In this document: piece after piece, positions 46,003 to 47,260 of the stretch
How positions within the stretch are numbered: position 1 is the first letter of the stretch
Layout of the letters: each line of letters opens with the position of its first letter
Virus record (IMG/VR): IMGVR_UViG_3300036045_000022
Span: 1-47,260 of that record
Length of the DNA stretch: 47,260 bases
Reading direction: 5' to 3' (one strand)
Origin: a virus
Taxonomy: Duplodnaviria; Caudoviricetes
Position numbers and translations under genes: made by a program
The notes under the pieces: generated by a model
Databases searched by the model: none
The model's input: the letters and a program-made list of their open reading frames with translations, nothing else
What the model was told of the DNA's origin: nothing

Positions 46003-46053
46003 AGGCGCAGCCGCCACGACGAACAACAACGCGCCACGGATAGGAAACGTGAC

Positions 46054-47034
46054 ATGCAGACAGCACTACGCGATGTGAGCGTCCCTCTCGCAGATCCACC
46101 GTATCCAGAGGACGTGTCGTCGAACGGGTACAAGTTCGAGATCGACGTCCCGCGCATCATGCAGTCGCGCACTTGGGTGCTCTCCCCGCCTGATTTGCGA
46201 CCGTGGTTGTTGATGCTGTGGACGATGTCGTGGATGCAGCGGCCGTGCGGCTCCCTGCCTGACGACGACGAACTGATCGCCGCCACCATCGGCATGCAGC
46301 CGACTGTTTTTGCCGCACACAAGTCCTACCTTTTGTCTGGTTGGAGGCGATGCAAGGACGGACGCCTTTATCACCGTGTCATAACCGACATCATCATCGG
46401 GATGTTGCACAAACGGGTCCAACTGACCCAACGGCAACGCAAGTTCCGCAAAACCCACGGGCCCACAAACCCACCGCAACCCATTGAATCTAATCATGTC
46501 ACGCGTGACAAACGGTTACTAACGCGTGGGAACAGGAAACAGGAACAGGAACAGGAACAGGAACAGGAACAGGGTGGAAAACCGTCGGTGGCGTCGCTTC
46601 GCTCGACCACCGACTCCAAAGGGGTAGTGGATGTTGGCTCTTCTACTGCAAAGCAAACCAGCATCACGAAAACTCGTAACAGCGCGCCGTCCGCAACAGC
46701 GCTCGTCGCGCGCGCATTCGGCGATGCCTTTTTCCAGCGCTACGGCACCGACTTCCCGACAAGCGCCAAGTCGAACGGGCAATTCCGCGCGCTCGTAGCT
46801 CGCATCGGCAAGGACGACGCGCCGCACGTCGCCGCGTTCTACGTCAAGCACAACGCGAGGTGGTACGTCGAGCGCGGTCATTCGCCGGGTTGCCTCCTGA
46901 TCGACGCCGAGAAGCTCCGTACCGAGTGGGCGACAGGGCGGGAAATGACGTCGACCAAGGCGCTGCAGATCGATCGCACGCAGACTCGCGCCAGCGCGTT
47001 CGACCGGTTTCTGGACCCGGAGGGCGACCGATGA
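46054..47034 (+). CDS. phage replication initiator (DUF1376/YdaU-like N-terminus)
   Basis: LW..SW.Q.P.GSLPDDD..IA, DGRLYH.V; central QE-repeat linker. Confidence 0.8.
   Translation: MQTALRDVSVPLADPPYPEDVSSNGYKFEIDVPRIMQSRTWVLSPPDLRPWLLMLWTMSWMQRPCGSLPDDDELIAATIGMQPTVFAAHKSYLLSGWRRCKDGRLYHRVITDIIIGMLHKRVQLTQRQRKFRKTHGPTNPPQPIESNHVTRDKRLLTRGNRKQEQEQEQEQEQGGKPSVASLRSTTDSKGVVDVGSSTAKQTSITKTRNSAPSATALVARAFGDAFFQRYGTDFPTSAKSNGQFRALVARIGKDDAPHVAAFYVKHNARWYVERGHSPGCLLIDAEKLRTEWATGREMTSTKALQIDRTQTRASAFDRFLDPEGDR
46497..46572. repeat. probable replication origin elements within the initiator gene
   Basis: Perfect palindrome TGTCACGCGTGACA (46497-46510), second ACGCGTG, and (CAGGAA)5 at 46540-46569. 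Confidence 0.5.
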
Positions 47035-47260
47035 AAACGGACGTCGTCACGAAGAACGATGTCGTGCGGGCGTTGAAGGTCACCGCCGAGATCACCAGCA
47101 CCGACCTGTCGGAGTCTGCTGTCGCCGTTATGCTGGCCGACCTGTCCACGTTCAACCCGGCTGAGATCGTGGGGGCGCTGGCGCGATGCCGTCGCGAACT
47201 CCGCGGCCGCCTCACAGTCGCCTCGATCATCGAGCGCCTGGACGACGGCAGGCCCGGCCC
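47031..47260 (+). CDS. N-terminal part of the junction-spanning replication protein
   Basis: ATGA overlap with the initiator stop; reads in frame into 3..524. Confidence 0.7.
   Translation, partial: MKTDVVTKNDVVRALKVTAEITSTDLSESAVAVMLADLSTFNPAEIVGALARCRRELRGRLTVASIIERLDDGRPG

Noticed and set aside
47134-47260. Terminal repeat as biological genome ends
   Set aside because: 127 bp equals a common assembler k-mer length and the repeat falls mid-gene; best read as circular overlap.

Overview
The window is an apparently complete, circularly assembled ~47.1-kb temperate tailed phage genome, GC-rich by inspection. Bases 1-127 are identical to 47134-47260, which looks like an assembly overlap, and one gene spans the junction. 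It pairs a lambdoid early region (cI/cro switch, RusA, replication initiator, YqaJ exonuclease with a putative recombinase, tyrosine integrase, attP carrying the 3' half of tRNA-Lys(UUU)) with a Mor/C-type late activator, a Mu-like head (DUF935 portal, MuF, protease/scaffold) and a non-contractile siphovirus tail. The most striking locus is at 34988-36398 on the minus strand. A solitary RAMP/Cas7-like gene has a stop codon that runs straight into a ~250-nt array of about 52 GGC-NN units. Four-nt GGC-A units divide the array into guide-sized blocks of 10-11 variable dinucleotides, and a conserved partner gene follows. This is a candidate non-CRISPR RNA-guided system. Other notable items are a QueC-less 7-deazaguanine DNA-modification cluster (DpdA-like, DpdL-like, FolE, QueD, QueE), a MuF-ADP-ribosyltransferase fusion, an in-frame endolysin-holin fusion with an internal start, a parS-like site beside attP, a CI repressor lacking both autocleavage residues, and a recurrent GATAGGAG start-associated motif. 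All product calls come from visual motif recognition and synteny; no database searches were run.
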